From assembly GCA_016840855.1 (NCBI GenBank), contig JAEORO010000076.1, positions 1 to 38,879 of the forward strand: DNA of 38,879 nucleotides, read 5' to 3'. The translations under genes were made by a program, and so were the position numbers. The stretch is from Candidatus Thorarchaeota archaeon (GTDB taxonomy: Archaea > Asgardarchaeota > Thorarchaeia > Thorarchaeales > Thorarchaeaceae). A model generated the notes under the pieces. It saw only the letters and a list, made by a program, of their open reading frames with translations. It searched no databases and was not told the origin of the DNA. Shown here piece after piece: positions 27,682 through 38,442 of this stretch (its first letter is position 1; the number at the start of each line of letters is the position of its first letter).

Positions 27682-28260
27682 ATGTTAGAGTCATTTGAAG
27701 TGGAGGTCAAGGTTGCAATAGAAGACATTGAATTGATGACTCGAAAACTTGTCGATTCTGGGGCAAAAGAACTGAATCGTGAGGTCCAGATTGACATCTA
27801 CTTTGACCATCCGTGTCGAACTTTCGTAAAGACCGATGAAGCTGTAAGAGTGCGGACAATAAGTCCGCTCGATAAGCATGGACTAGCCACCTCACAAGCA
27901 CCAAATGAACTCACATACAAGGGTCCGAAATTAGACAAAGAAACAAAGACCAGGGTTGAATATACAGTCGGAACTGATGATTCAGACCAACTAATTTCCA
28001 TATTAGAAAGCTTAGGGTTCAAACCCATTGCCAAAATCGCGAAAAAGAGGACTTTCTTTGATCTTCGAAACATCACAATCAGTGTCGATGATGTGGAAGA
28101 TGTTGGATTGTTTCTCGAATTGGAGTTTATTGCGCACCAGAAAGATGAGATGGAATCGGCCAAGAAAAACATCTTCGAATTACTTGGTGAACTAGGAATT
28201 GATGCGAAGCAGTCCATTTGTGATTCCTATCTAGAGATGTATCTGGCAGGAAGACTGTAG
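27682..28260 (+). CDS. cyaB: Class IV adenylate cyclase / CYTH protein
   Basis: EVEVK, QIDIYF, LTYKGPK, GLFLELE, SYLEM. Confidence 0.92.
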   Translation: MLESFEVEVKVAIEDIELMTRKLVDSGAKELNREVQIDIYFDHPCRTFVKTDEAVRVRTISPLDKHGLATSQAPNELTYKGPKLDKETKTRVEYTVGTDDSDQLISILESLGFKPIAKIAKKRTFFDLRNITISVDDVEDVGLFLELEFIAHQKDEMESAKKNIFELLGELGIDAKQSICDSYLEMYLAGRL

Positions 28261-28262
28261 CT

Positions 28263-28850
28263 TCACTCTAGCTCGATCTCTTCTCTCAACTGACTCACGA
28301 ACAATTCCAATGTTCTATGACGCTCCTCAGCCACAACCCTCGCTCCATCAGTGTACATCAGGTCCTTCAGTCGAAGTAGTTTCTCATCCGCATGACTCAG
28401 GAATCCTTCTATCCCCACGCCAGTGCTTGTAGCCTGAGCAATAGCACGAAATACACCAATTGCCCCTATGGCATCAAGTTTGTCGACATCACTGAGTATT
28501 TTTCCTTCCAAGGAATCGGGTTCAATTCCTTCACTGAACCTATGAGTTCTGATTGCATCTACAACTTCTTTAATCTCAGACTCGATAAAACCTGCACGAT
28601 ACAGAATCTCTTGACTCATATCCCCTGACAATACTGAGTGGGAAACACCGGTGATAGCTTCCTCTTGTCTTCCAATATCGTGAAGGAGTGCTGCAGCTCC
28701 TAAAATTTTCAGGTTTGCTCCCATCCCCTTTCCAATTCTAATGGATAGTGCGAATACTCTTCTAGTATGGTCCAGTGTGTGTGCTCCCTCTCCATTTAAC
28801 ACCAGTTTTTCTTTCACAAACTGTTCAATCAAGTCATGAGTTGATTCCAA
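28263..28850 (-). CDS. HD-domain phosphohydrolase
   Basis: AHTLDHTRRV, ALLHDIGR, THRFS, DVDKLDAIGAIG. Confidence 0.92.
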   Translation of the reverse strand: MESTHDLIEQFVKEKLVLNGEGAHTLDHTRRVFALSIRIGKGMGANLKILGAAALLHDIGRQEEAITGVSHSVLSGDMSQEILYRAGFIESEIKEVVDAIRTHRFSEGIEPDSLEGKILSDVDKLDAIGAIGVFRAIAQATSTGVGIEGFLSHADEKLLRLKDLMYTDGARVVAEERHRTLELFVSQLREEIELE

Positions 28851-29070
28851 TGCATAGACCTCTTTTCATTGTGTGAATTTGATTGCTTTTGAACAGTCCT
28901 GCGTGAGGGTTTAGTAGTGTTAATTATCTCAAGTTACTTTCGGAAAACGAAATTTATTGAAATTGGGCAATGTTTTAATTGTTGAATTTGAATATATCAG
29001 AGCAATTCGCGTTCGCCCAATTTATACGACGCGCTATATTTCCTAAACTGCGAGTTAGGGGACTCATCAA

Positions 29071-29670
29071 TTGAAAGCCTTCAAACTATCCTATCGTAAA
29101 AGAATGGGACTTTCTACCTTTATCAGCGCAATTTTCATAGTGGCTAGTTTCGTATGGACCTTGTCCACCCTTCTACCTGATTTATTCGCTCCCAGGCTAT
29201 TTTCAGCACACTTTGAATATAACCAAATAGGACAATGGCCACCTGAAAACGCCTCTCTTCTCATCTGGCCCACTAATGGACAACCTTACTCAAAAATTGG
29301 AACGCCCTTCAATCTAAGTGCTGTAATCATAATAGATGGTTTTCCAGTTACAGCTCTTGAAAACATAGTCTTCTATGACGAAACCGATTCCATATTCATC
29401 GGTATGGCGTCAATCGGACAACCACCAGATTTACCCATAGCCAATATTACATATACATTTCCTCAAAATGCAACCATAGACTATCACATTATTTCAGCAA
29501 CCTGGACAACTTCAATGGGATCAGTCACAAATCGGACTTCAATTTCCTGTGTGGATATTGTTGTTCCATTTTCTTTTCCGACTCACTCCATTTATGCTGA
29601 AGGACTCATCCTTGGTGAAATAAAAGCCCTCAGCGTGGTTCAGAGTACCAGCAATCGCCACAGAAATTAG
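29071..29670 (+). CDS. Membrane-anchored single Ig-like-domain protein; internally deleted paralog of the downstream giant protein
   Basis: Aligns to the N-terminal TM region and first Ig-like unit of the 2063-aa ORF (ISAIFIVAS, HFEY, FYDETDS, IDYHIISATWTTS). Confidence 0.7.
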   Translation: MKAFKLSYRKRMGLSTFISAIFIVASFVWTLSTLLPDLFAPRLFSAHFEYNQIGQWPPENASLLIWPTNGQPYSKIGTPFNLSAVIIIDGFPVTALENIVFYDETDSIFIGMASIGQPPDLPIANITYTFPQNATIDYHIISATWTTSMGSVTNRTSISCVDIVVPFSFPTHSIYAEGLILGEIKALSVVQSTSNRHRN

Positions 29671-29845
29671 GCTTAAGACCTTTCACAGATGACAACAACA
29701 TTTCAAGATGGTTTCGATAAACTGGATTGAGTCCAGCTGAGCAACCCTTTAATTGCTAGGAAAGGACGTTTGAGAGTAACTTGTCACCACCGTGAGTTAC
29801 AAGACACGCCAAATATTCCAGATAGTAAACGAGAGGACTAGTCTA

Positions 29846-32800
29846 TTGAGCGCCGCAACAAAATCTGCCCGCAGAAGAATGGGGATTACTACACTTATCA
29901 GCGCAATCTTCATAGTGGCTAGTCTCGTCTGGGCAACATACAACTTTGTAATAGTCCAGTCTGGTGCCGTAAGGCAATTTGAACCTCATTTCGAATACGA
30001 TACCATACCATACTGGCCCTATGATAACGATTTTGTGGGTGGCAGAACTAACTGGTTTGAAAACATCAATTATACAAATGTCCCTCTCGATATGGACCTC
30101 CCTGAAGACCTACTTGGCAACTTGGATGACATCATATTCACAGTAGTCCCAGCAGACCCGCCACAATTATGGCGTATTGGAGCATATGATGACTATGATG
30201 GTGCTAACTGGGGGAAAACCATCTTTGGTACGGATATTTTGGATTCAGATACACAACTGATAACATATGGTGAAGCCACAAACCCGGTATATACTGTTAT
30301 TTTCAATGCTACCGCAGGAGCTACTGTTGGAGCTATGGAGATTCCCTCACTCTTTCCAGATATTCGAGTGATTGAGGACTCATTCATAACCTGGAGTATT
30401 GATGGAAATGGGAATCCATACCCAGACCCCAGTCTTTTACTAGACTACGATTTAGAAACTGATGCCTATGGTACCCTCCTCTTCACACCATTCATACAAG
30501 CACCCACAGGTGAGGAGGTCATTGTGACCTTTGATCTCACATTTGATACCCAAGACCTTGACAATGTACGGACAAACGCACTCTTGACTGTGCCAGGTGG
30601 ATATGGTAACTACTTGACTTATCCCTCATTGAGTCAGCGTGTAATCGATAATATCACACAATTCCAATCAGTTGGTAATGATGCATATGAAAAAGCAATG
30701 GCTGTCCAACTGTATTTCCAGAGCACTTTCGAGGTTCGTGTTGACGCTGCAGCATTAACAGATAGACCTGATGGTCAGGAAATCACTGATTGGTTTCTTG
30801 AGCGTGGTGGTGGGCTTCCCATGGACTTTGCAACTGCATATTGTGTCTTCATGAGGTATCTTGGAATCCCTGCTCGCTTAGCCATGGGGTATGCTGTTGG
30901 TGACCCAGATCCAACATTCAGTTATCGAGAAGTGAAGGTCAGACACATGACTTTTTGGTCCGAGGTCTTCATCCCAATGTCCGGGTCTCCCACAGGTGGT
31001 GAATGGATTCAGGTCATTCCTGCGATGTTGCCTGAAGATATGGGTGGAGCTGAAGACCCCACTAACACACCAACACCAAATGTCCAGCTTCTTGTCTGGC
31101 CAACCAGTGGCCAACCATGGGCACAGATTGGAGTCCCATTCAGTTTGAGTGCAGCCATCACAATTGATGGAGTTCCTGTCACAACTCCTGAAGTCATCAC
31201 TTTCTATGATGAAACTGACTCTGTTTTCATTGGCGCAGCAGCAATCCAACCCAGTCCACCAATAGCTACCATCACACACACTTTTCCTGCTGGTGCATCA
31301 ATTGACTATCACATCATTTCAGCCACATGGACTACTTCAACATACTCTATCACAAACCGAACCTCTATTTATTGTGTGGGAGATCCTAATCCATTCTCAT
31401 ATCCAACTCCTTCAACTGAATCTGGAGGATTCATCCTCAGTGAAACAAGAGAGCTCAATGTAAGTCAAGGGATAGACACCCACTTTGCATTCTGGGAGGA
31501 CACAATCCACGTCTATGGAACGATTAAGGTGGGTGGAGTCCCAGTCAACAGCTCAAAACACGACAACACGAATATTGGTATCTATTGGGATAACTCATTC
31601 ATGGGAAATGCTACTTTTGATGAGTATGGCTATTACGAGTTAGATATCTATGTGGACCCGTTGGACCTCTTACGAATGACTGTTGGAGCTCATGAAGTCT
31701 GGGCGTGGTATCTTGGGGACTGGGACCAATACGGTGTTCCTCGCCTCCTTCCAGCCCGATCGAGCAACAATTCAACCGTCACCGTCTGGGGTCGTGTAGG
31801 ATTCGATTTGTATGTATACCCCACTGATGTTTCCCCAGGTGGAACCGTCTATTATGATGGCGTTGCGTATCTTCTAAATGGTACCTTATTACCGACGAGC
31901 GAACAGGTTGGAGTTTTTTTTGGGTCGCAAGCAAATGCAACACCTAGTCTGAACTCTACTGGTGGCTTCACATGGAGCTATCCCATTCCTAGTGCTCAGC
32001 CTGAAGGTACATATTTCGCCTATGCAAACTGGACTTCTCCTTGGACACTGATTGCAGGTAATTGGAGTGTCTTTATCCCAGTCAATGTTGGGTCAAGTGG
32101 TACACAACTCTCAATTAATCTGCTTCCCGACCCTCTCTATATCGGATGGAATTATACAATATCTGGATACTTGACTCATGTGTCAAACAGTACTGGCATT
32201 GGCGGTCAGCTGGTCGACATCTATTGGAACAATGGATCAACCTTTCTCCTTGGCAGTGTGTTCACAGCTTCAGATGGATACTACGAATTGAATTATACGG
32301 TCCTCCTTTCGGATGAAGGCCCAGTTGAATACTGGTCAAACTTCACATCAAAAACGCCTACTCTTACAAGTTCAGAATCAACACACCTCTTTACTACTGC
32401 AAAGAAACTTGACATCTCACTAGACCCTATCTCCGTCACACCAGATCCTGTGTTCCTTCTTCAGCCAGTTGATATTCAGGGACTTCTACAGCTCCCCGAG
32501 TTCGCCATTCCTTTGCCGAATGAGTGGGTAGAATTCTGGTTGCAGAATAGCACTGGTGTGTTCAACATTGGAAGTGACATGACAAACTCCTCTGGAGGGT
32601 ATTTCTATCAATACACTATTCCCATTGGACAAGCGACTGAAGTCGTGAACATCTGGGCAAACTACACTTCACCCTACTACAATGTATATGATGGCGAGTC
32701 TGTCCATGAGCCGTTGGACATACAAGCAACCAGCACCCTAATCTCGATTCAAGAAGACTTCACATTCTACCACTTGAATGACACCATTCTCCTCTATGGT

Positions 32801-35800
32801 ACGCTCTTATTCTCAAATGGTACTCCCATCCAGTTTGAAACAGTCTATATCTACTGGGTCAATGCATCTGGAACATTTCCTTTCGCAAAGACAACTAACG
32901 CATCCGGTTACTATCAAATGTTCTATAATTGCACTCCAACACAGGATGAGCCAGGTCTGATAGATGTCTATGTGAACTGGACGTCTTGGATTCCTATCTA
33001 TGCTGATGCTTCTAGTTCAATCGCTCCACTGATACAGCTTCAAAGATACTATCTTGAGATAGCCCTCAACGTGCCTTCTCAACTCTATGTTGACGAAACA
33101 GCTTTTGACATTGAAGGTGTACTAACATATCTTGGTGGTGCACCGCCACTGGCTGGGGAAACAGTGTACATTTCATGGTGGGACGGTGCTGGTTGGTACG
33201 AACTTGACAATCCGGTGACGAATTCAACTGGTGGTTTTCTTACATCACTTGGTTTTGTAGGGTATGATGAGGGAATTTACTACTTCCGTGTTCTATACAA
33301 CAGTTCAAACCCTCTGAACAATGATACAGTTGCATATTTTGATATCACACGAATTAAGTATGCGATTAATCTTGATGTGACCATCAATCCCAATCCAGTT
33401 ATGCAAAACGAAACTCTGATAGTTCATGTCTATGCATACTTCGCACACAATGGTACTGCTCTCTCAAACGCGACAGTTTCCATATTTTGGAACAATGGAA
33501 CTCTACCACTTCCCTTCCTGGGCAATGTCCTCACAAATGGGACTGGTCAGGGTGAACTTTACTACTCCGGAATGAGTTGGGACACTGTACGATCAGGTAT
33601 TGAGGTATATGGTGTATACGCAGGGACTGTATTCCGAGCATCAAGTGAGTCGGTGCATAACATCCTCACTCTGAACCAGTGGCAAACAATATTCACTACT
33701 GTTAACCTCCCACCTGGACCGTATAGACTTGGAGAAACTATTGTTGTTACGGGATACCTCGAGTATGCAATTTCTGGTATTCCCTATATCGATGTTACCG
33801 TCGAGCTGACTCTTCTAGGAATCACCCGAACAACAGATGTGACCTCATCAGATGGCTCGTTCACGCTGAGTTGGGATATTCCCGGAACCCTCCCACCAGG
33901 CAACTATAGCTTATTCGTCGAATTCAACTCGTTATATCCATGGATAACTGATGCTTCGTTTGCGTTACCGCAGATTGAAGTAATTGCTCCAGGTTACTTT
34001 TGGCCTGAGTTCACGGTGACGCCAACAACTATCTATCTGGACCAGGTTTTGAATATCACAGGGCGAGTGACTTGGGACAATGGGACACCATATGCAAACT
34101 CACCAGTAGATTTCTATTGGGGCGACTATTTCGGAGTCAATAATCCCTTTGTCATAGACTTCTTGACTGATGGTAATGGCAGATTCTCCTATCTCTTTCC
34201 GATTCCAGATGACCTTGGTCTTGTTGGAGTAAGAGAGGTTTGGGCATATATCGACCCTGCTGGGTATGCCACATTTGGAGTGTCTCCACGTATTCCTATT
34301 CTAATTGACCTCTATTCTGTTGCTATCACAGCTATTGTGGATTCGACAACTGTATACCTAGGAGGCAGTCTTACCTTCTCAGGAACCCTACAACTTACCG
34401 ACGGTACTCCTCTAGTAGGTTATGACATTGAGATTTGGTGGGGTGGCAGTCATCTGACCACAATCACCATCAGTGACACGATTGCTGGTGCGTTCAATTA
34501 TGTCTATCCGATATCTTACAGTAATGCACTAGGTGTCATCTCAGGATATGCTCTTTTCACACCTCCTTCGATAGCTTGGGGTACTACAGATACCATTGAG
34601 TTCTTCGAAGATGTGACTGTTATAGAACGCGTAGATGTCTTCATGGATACACAACCTGCTGACAATACTGTAAGCCGAGGTGATACATTAATCGTAACTG
34701 GTTATGTTCGCAACGACGGAGGCTTTTTAGCTGACGGTGTGAGAGTTGAAGTTCTAGTTGATGGTGGGGGAACTGGTTCTACGGACATTACCGCTGCTGA
34801 CGGTAGTTATTCCATTTCACTGCCGATTCGAGATAATCAAGCACGTGGTTCATACATTATCAGCGTTCGGGTCACTTCAACATTCCACGAACTCCGGAAT
34901 GGTCCTGTTAGTTGGACCATTCTGGTCTACATTGATTCACATATCTATGTCCAAACAAATCAGCTATCAGTAATGCATGGAGAATCTTTCTCTGTGATTG
35001 TCCAACTCACTGATGATGATGGAGTGCCTCTTGATTTTGAGTTGGTGTCACTCTACCTAGGTTCCACATATCTTATGGATGCGGTCCTTTCAGATGCAAG
35101 TGGTGACTCGTTTAATTTGGTGGTGCCACTGAGTTGGGCTGAGGGTGATGGATATTTCGTTGTTTCAGCAGAGTATGATGGCAGATTGTACATTAATCCC
35201 AGTAGCGATGAATCAACTGAATCCATTCATGTATTCAACAGTCCGGTCTTTTTAGCTACTCCAAGCAGGGTTGATCCCGGACAGTCTTTCAATATACTTG
35301 TAACAATTCAAGACTCAGAAGGAAACCCGGTGAGATCGCGTGAGGCGGGGTTGAACTATAACGGTACAAATGTGGGTCCCTATGTCACAGATACTGAAGG
35401 AAGATTCTCATACAGCGTACCCGCACAAGTTGAGGGATCTTTCATCAACTTTAGAGTCATTCTCATATCCCCCGAAGTGGGTAATATTCAATCTAATACG
35501 TTCACAATCAATATACAAACAATAGGTGGTAATCCATTGCAAGGAGCAGATTTACTCATAGCAAGTATTTTACTCGTTGGTGCAGTTGTAGCCGTTTTGG
35601 CATACCTGTACATAGTAAGAGGAATGTTCCGCAGTCCTATAATCTCGAGAGGAATTGATATCCCAACCAAGCTGCGAAATATCAAGAAACTCGCAGACTC
35701 TGGAAAGTATGGTGCCTCTATAACTCTGGCCTACCGTACCTTCGAGCAGATGTGTGGCACGAAGATGGGCTCCGAACGGACTCATTCCGAGACCGCTCGT

Positions 35801-35983
35801 GAGTATCTAGATCGTATCTTACAAACAATCCCCCTCGATGCAGTGACTGTTGAACGGTTCGTACAGACATATGAAGAGGCTCGCTTCTCTCATCACGAAA
35901 TGACTCGTGAGCGATATGAAGAAGCTGTTCGTATCTTTACGGACCTCTATCCTAGAATTGACTCAACTGCCCCCGTGGAGTAA
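29846..35983 (+). CDS. Giant surface protein: N-terminal TM, transglutaminase-like domain (catalytically degenerate), ~14 Ig-like repeats, C-terminal TM and DUF4129-like tail
   Basis: LWRIGAYDDYDG, DFATA..RYLGIPARLAMGY, WSEV, LLVGAVVAVLAYLY, SETAREY, YEEARFS. TTG 29846 (GAGG SD) aligns with the paralog start; the ORF track starts at 29792. Confidence 0.88.
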   Translation: MSAATKSARRRMGITTLISAIFIVASLVWATYNFVIVQSGAVRQFEPHFEYDTIPYWPYDNDFVGGRTNWFENINYTNVPLDMDLPEDLLGNLDDIIFTVVPADPPQLWRIGAYDDYDGANWGKTIFGTDILDSDTQLITYGEATNPVYTVIFNATAGATVGAMEIPSLFPDIRVIEDSFITWSIDGNGNPYPDPSLLLDYDLETDAYGTLLFTPFIQAPTGEEVIVTFDLTFDTQDLDNVRTNALLTVPGGYGNYLTYPSLSQRVIDNITQFQSVGNDAYEKAMAVQLYFQSTFEVRVDAAALTDRPDGQEITDWFLERGGGLPMDFATAYCVFMRYLGIPARLAMGYAVGDPDPTFSYREVKVRHMTFWSEVFIPMSGSPTGGEWIQVIPAMLPEDMGGAEDPTNTPTPNVQLLVWPTSGQPWAQIGVPFSLSAAITIDGVPVTTPEVITFYDETDSVFIGAAAIQPSPPIATITHTFPAGASIDYHIISATWTTSTYSITNRTSIYCVGDPNPFSYPTPSTESGGFILSETRELNVSQGIDTHFAFWEDTIHVYGTIKVGGVPVNSSKHDNTNIGIYWDNSFMGNATFDEYGYYELDIYVDPLDLLRMTVGAHEVWAWYLGDWDQYGVPRLLPARSSNNSTVTVWGRVGFDLYVYPTDVSPGGTVYYDGVAYLLNGTLLPTSEQVGVFFGSQANATPSLNSTGGFTWSYPIPSAQPEGTYFAYANWTSPWTLIAGNWSVFIPVNVGSSGTQLSINLLPDPLYIGWNYTISGYLTHVSNSTGIGGQLVDIYWNNGSTFLLGSVFTASDGYYELNYTVLLSDEGPVEYWSNFTSKTPTLTSSESTHLFTTAKKLDISLDPISVTPDPVFLLQPVDIQGLLQLPEFAIPLPNEWVEFWLQNSTGVFNIGSDMTNSSGGYFYQYTIPIGQATEVVNIWANYTSPYYNVYDGESVHEPLDIQATSTLISIQEDFTFYHLNDTILLYGTLLFSNGTPIQFETVYIYWVNASGTFPFAKTTNASGYYQMFYNCTPTQDEPGLIDVYVNWTSWIPIYADASSSIAPLIQLQRYYLEIALNVPSQLYVDETAFDIEGVLTYLGGAPPLAGETVYISWWDGAGWYELDNPVTNSTGGFLTSLGFVGYDEGIYYFRVLYNSSNPLNNDTVAYFDITRIKYAINLDVTINPNPVMQNETLIVHVYAYFAHNGTALSNATVSIFWNNGTLPLPFLGNVLTNGTGQGELYYSGMSWDTVRSGIEVYGVYAGTVFRASSESVHNILTLNQWQTIFTTVNLPPGPYRLGETIVVTGYLEYAISGIPYIDVTVELTLLGITRTTDVTSSDGSFTLSWDIPGTLPPGNYSLFVEFNSLYPWITDASFALPQIEVIAPGYFWPEFTVTPTTIYLDQVLNITGRVTWDNGTPYANSPVDFYWGDYFGVNNPFVIDFLTDGNGRFSYLFPIPDDLGLVGVREVWAYIDPAGYATFGVSPRIPILIDLYSVAITAIVDSTTVYLGGSLTFSGTLQLTDGTPLVGYDIEIWWGGSHLTTITISDTIAGAFNYVYPISYSNALGVISGYALFTPPSIAWGTTDTIEFFEDVTVIERVDVFMDTQPADNTVSRGDTLIVTGYVRNDGGFLADGVRVEVLVDGGGTGSTDITAADGSYSISLPIRDNQARGSYIISVRVTSTFHELRNGPVSWTILVYIDSHIYVQTNQLSVMHGESFSVIVQLTDDDGVPLDFELVSLYLGSTYLMDAVLSDASGDSFNLVVPLSWAEGDGYFVVSAEYDGRLYINPSSDESTESIHVFNSPVFLATPSRVDPGQSFNILVTIQDSEGNPVRSREAGLNYNGTNVGPYVTDTEGRFSYSVPAQVEGSFINFRVILISPEVGNIQSNTFTINIQTIGGNPLQGADLLIASILLVGAVVAVLAYLYIVRGMFRSPIISRGIDIPTKLRNIKKLADSGKYGASITLAYRTFEQMCGTKMGSERTHSETAREYLDRILQTIPLDAVTVERFVQTYEEARFSHHEMTRERYEEAVRIFTDLYPRIDSTAPVE
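31076..35520 (+). repeat. About 14 degenerate ~100-aa Ig-like protein repeats
   Basis: Recurring [IV]xGxL...[ND]GTP...VxIYW...T[ND]xxGx[FY] units; many N-x-S/T sequons; the repeats are not conserved at DNA level. Confidence 0.7.
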
Positions 35984-36001
35984 TATAATGGAGATAAGCG
36001 A

Positions 36002-37402
36002 ATGGGCTGGAAAGAAATCCTGCAAGTGACCTTATTCATCTTGGCATGGGTCCCAGTAGGTATTCTAGCCGGAAGCACATTGATTGGAACACAGTCCACC
36101 TACGACTGGGACTTCTCTATCTACAATGATAGATATTCCGGACTCAGCTTATTCGCAGATAATATTGAAACCAGCGGTTACGATGTGATGTCCATTCAAG
36201 CAAGCATGAGCGTTGTTTCAAGGTATAATGGGTCTGCTGTAATTGTCATTATGGGTCCCGTGCGCGACTTCACCATCGATGCTGCTCTAGTTATATTCAC
36301 ACATTTAATGGCTGGTGGAGGTGTCCTCATAGCAGATGACTTTGGATCCGCTAATGTATCTATGGCATTACTGAATTATCTATTGGACTCGTTCATTCCT
36401 GACAATACAACCCATGGTCTTTTGTCATTCGTTAATGGAGTCCTTCTAGATTTGGACTCTTATGATCCACAAAAAGAACCAAGATTACCAATCATTAGAG
36501 ACTTACGAGCAGGTCTTGATGGTGGAGCACTCACAGCTGGAGTGTCAGAGCTTCATCTTAATTGGGCATCTGCAATCAGTCCTTATTGTCTCCTTGGTCG
36601 TGCTGGTATTGCTTGGACAACACCTAGGTCTTGGTGTGAAACGAATATTACAGATCCTGAACCTGAACCTGACGAATATGAGTTGAGTGGAAGTCTCCCC
36701 GTAGTAGGTGCTATTGATCTCTCAGCGACAGGGACTTCAAATGGTGGGCGCTTGGTTGCAGTAAGTGACCCTAGTATATTCAACAATGATATGCTAGGTC
36801 GGTTCTCAGATAACGAACGATTTGGTGCCAATATAATTGACTGGCTCTCCGATGGTGACACCTCTCAACCCATCCTATTCTGTGAACAGCTTCTAGAGAT
36901 TCCTTGGTGGGAGAGCGAGTTCTTCTTTGGACTATACTTGGGCAGAGTCCTGTGGCTCTCTTCACTACCCCTGGGAATATCTGCTGTTTATCCTCTCTTT
37001 ACGACCATTGGAATAAAGAAATACCTTCCAGATATAAAGAAGCCAGAGGTCAAGAGTGTTTCAGACGTCTTCCTACGAAAAGGTCAAACATATTTCAGTG
37101 AACGAATGTCATACTATCGAACTGAGGGCAACTATACACGAGTAGTCAAGATGCTATATCGACGCTTACGTCGCGGAATTCGAAAGGCGCAGCAATGGAC
37201 TGAGTATGACTCTAAAAAAGTGTGGGAAACAATGCAATACAAAGATCCAAAGCTGAAAGAGAGTGAATTCTTCCGGACCATTGCGCGGATCGAGGAAATA
37301 TCAGAAGATCCGAATATCAAGATAAAGGAGAATGAGATGATGGAGCTCTTCTTCTTCATGCGTAACATCCAATCACACATGATAGACACAAGAAAGAGGT
37401 AG
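36002..37402 (+). CDS. DUF4350-like membrane protein of MoxR operons
   Basis: N-terminal TM, FSIYNDRYSGLS, GGGVLIADDFGSAN, GRLVAVSDPSIFNNDM, second TM. Confidence 0.8.
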   Translation: MGWKEILQVTLFILAWVPVGILAGSTLIGTQSTYDWDFSIYNDRYSGLSLFADNIETSGYDVMSIQASMSVVSRYNGSAVIVIMGPVRDFTIDAALVIFTHLMAGGGVLIADDFGSANVSMALLNYLLDSFIPDNTTHGLLSFVNGVLLDLDSYDPQKEPRLPIIRDLRAGLDGGALTAGVSELHLNWASAISPYCLLGRAGIAWTTPRSWCETNITDPEPEPDEYELSGSLPVVGAIDLSATGTSNGGRLVAVSDPSIFNNDMLGRFSDNERFGANIIDWLSDGDTSQPILFCEQLLEIPWWESEFFFGLYLGRVLWLSSLPLGISAVYPLFTTIGIKKYLPDIKKPEVKSVSDVFLRKGQTYFSERMSYYRTEGNYTRVVKMLYRRLRRGIRKAQQWTEYDSKKVWETMQYKDPKLKESEFFRTIARIEEISEDPNIKIKENEMMELFFFMRNIQSHMIDTRKR

Positions 37403-37409
37403 AACTAAA

Positions 37410-38399
37410 TTGACAACAGAAGAAACGAACGACACTGTGGTAATTGATACCTCAGCAACCATGACAATTGACGAGGTACATAAGACCACGAGTGATATTA
37501 TTCGAGAATGCAGTCGCATAATTGTTGGGAAAGAAGACATCCTGCGTGATGTCCTCATCGCTTTTCTCTCAAACGGTCATGTTGTTCTTGAAGGCGTACC
37601 TGGTATAGCCAAAACCTACATGGCTCGAACATTCGCAGAGATTCTGGGTTGTGCATTCAAGAGAATACAGCTGACTGTGGACACCCTTCCGGCTGACTTG
37701 CTGGGAAGCAATGTGTTCAACCAGCGAACAGGAGAATTCTGGTTCCGTAAAGGTCCAGTGTTCTCAAATCTTGTGCTGGCTGATGAGATTAATAGATGTC
37801 CTCCCAAATCACAGAGTGCACTCCTCGAGGTAATGGAAGAACGACAAGTATCAATAGAAGGCGTGACCCGCAAACTTCCACGACCATTTCTGATTATTGC
37901 CACTCAGAATCCGGTTGAACAAGAGGGCACATATCCTCTACCTGAAGCGCAACTTGACAGGTTCATGTTTCGCTTGATACTGGATTACCCTACTGACCAA
38001 GAAGAAGCTGAAGTCATTCGTAGGAAGCATCTTGGTGAAGCTACTGATTTGAATGTTCTTGTGGATCCCGCTGCAATGGTGAGAATGCAGAACACATGCA
38101 AGACAGTGTTCATCGAAGAAGATGTCATCAACTACATCCGTGATATCGTAGTCCGAACACGAAATGACCCTCAAATCCTTCTCGGAGGCTCCCCACGAGC
38201 ATCACTTGTGCTCATGAATGCATCAAAGAGTCGTGCTGCAATGCAAGGTCGAGACTATGTAATTCCAGAGGATGTTCGTCGTCTCTCAGTTCAAGCTTTG
38301 AATCACAGACTCATACTAAAGCCAGAGGCAGAGCTTGAGGGACTAACAGTGCAGCGAGTAGTGACCAAGATTCTTGGAGAAGTAGATTGTCCCAAATAG
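37410..38399 (+). CDS. moxR: MoxR-family AAA+ ATPase
   Basis: GVPGIAKT, LADEINR, ATQNPVEQEGTYPLPEAQLDRF, GGSPRA. Confidence 0.97.
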   Translation: MTTEETNDTVVIDTSATMTIDEVHKTTSDIIRECSRIIVGKEDILRDVLIAFLSNGHVVLEGVPGIAKTYMARTFAEILGCAFKRIQLTVDTLPADLLGSNVFNQRTGEFWFRKGPVFSNLVLADEINRCPPKSQSALLEVMEERQVSIEGVTRKLPRPFLIIATQNPVEQEGTYPLPEAQLDRFMFRLILDYPTDQEEAEVIRRKHLGEATDLNVLVDPAAMVRMQNTCKTVFIEEDVINYIRDIVVRTRNDPQILLGGSPRASLVLMNASKSRAAMQGRDYVIPEDVRRLSVQALNHRLILKPEAELEGLTVQRVVTKILGEVDCPK

Positions 38400-38442
38400 C
38401 CCATTGAACATCATGCCCTAAGCTAGATGGAGAAGATATGGA

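Noticed and set aside
29722-29736. CTGGA-ttgag-TCCAG hairpin as a terminator
   Set aside because: Only a 5-bp stem with no adjacent U-tract; insufficient support
31076-35520. CRISPR-like or DGR template/variable repeats in the giant gene and its paralog
   Set aside because: The repeats are protein-level only, paralog differences are not adenine-specific, and no reverse transcriptase or cas gene is in the window
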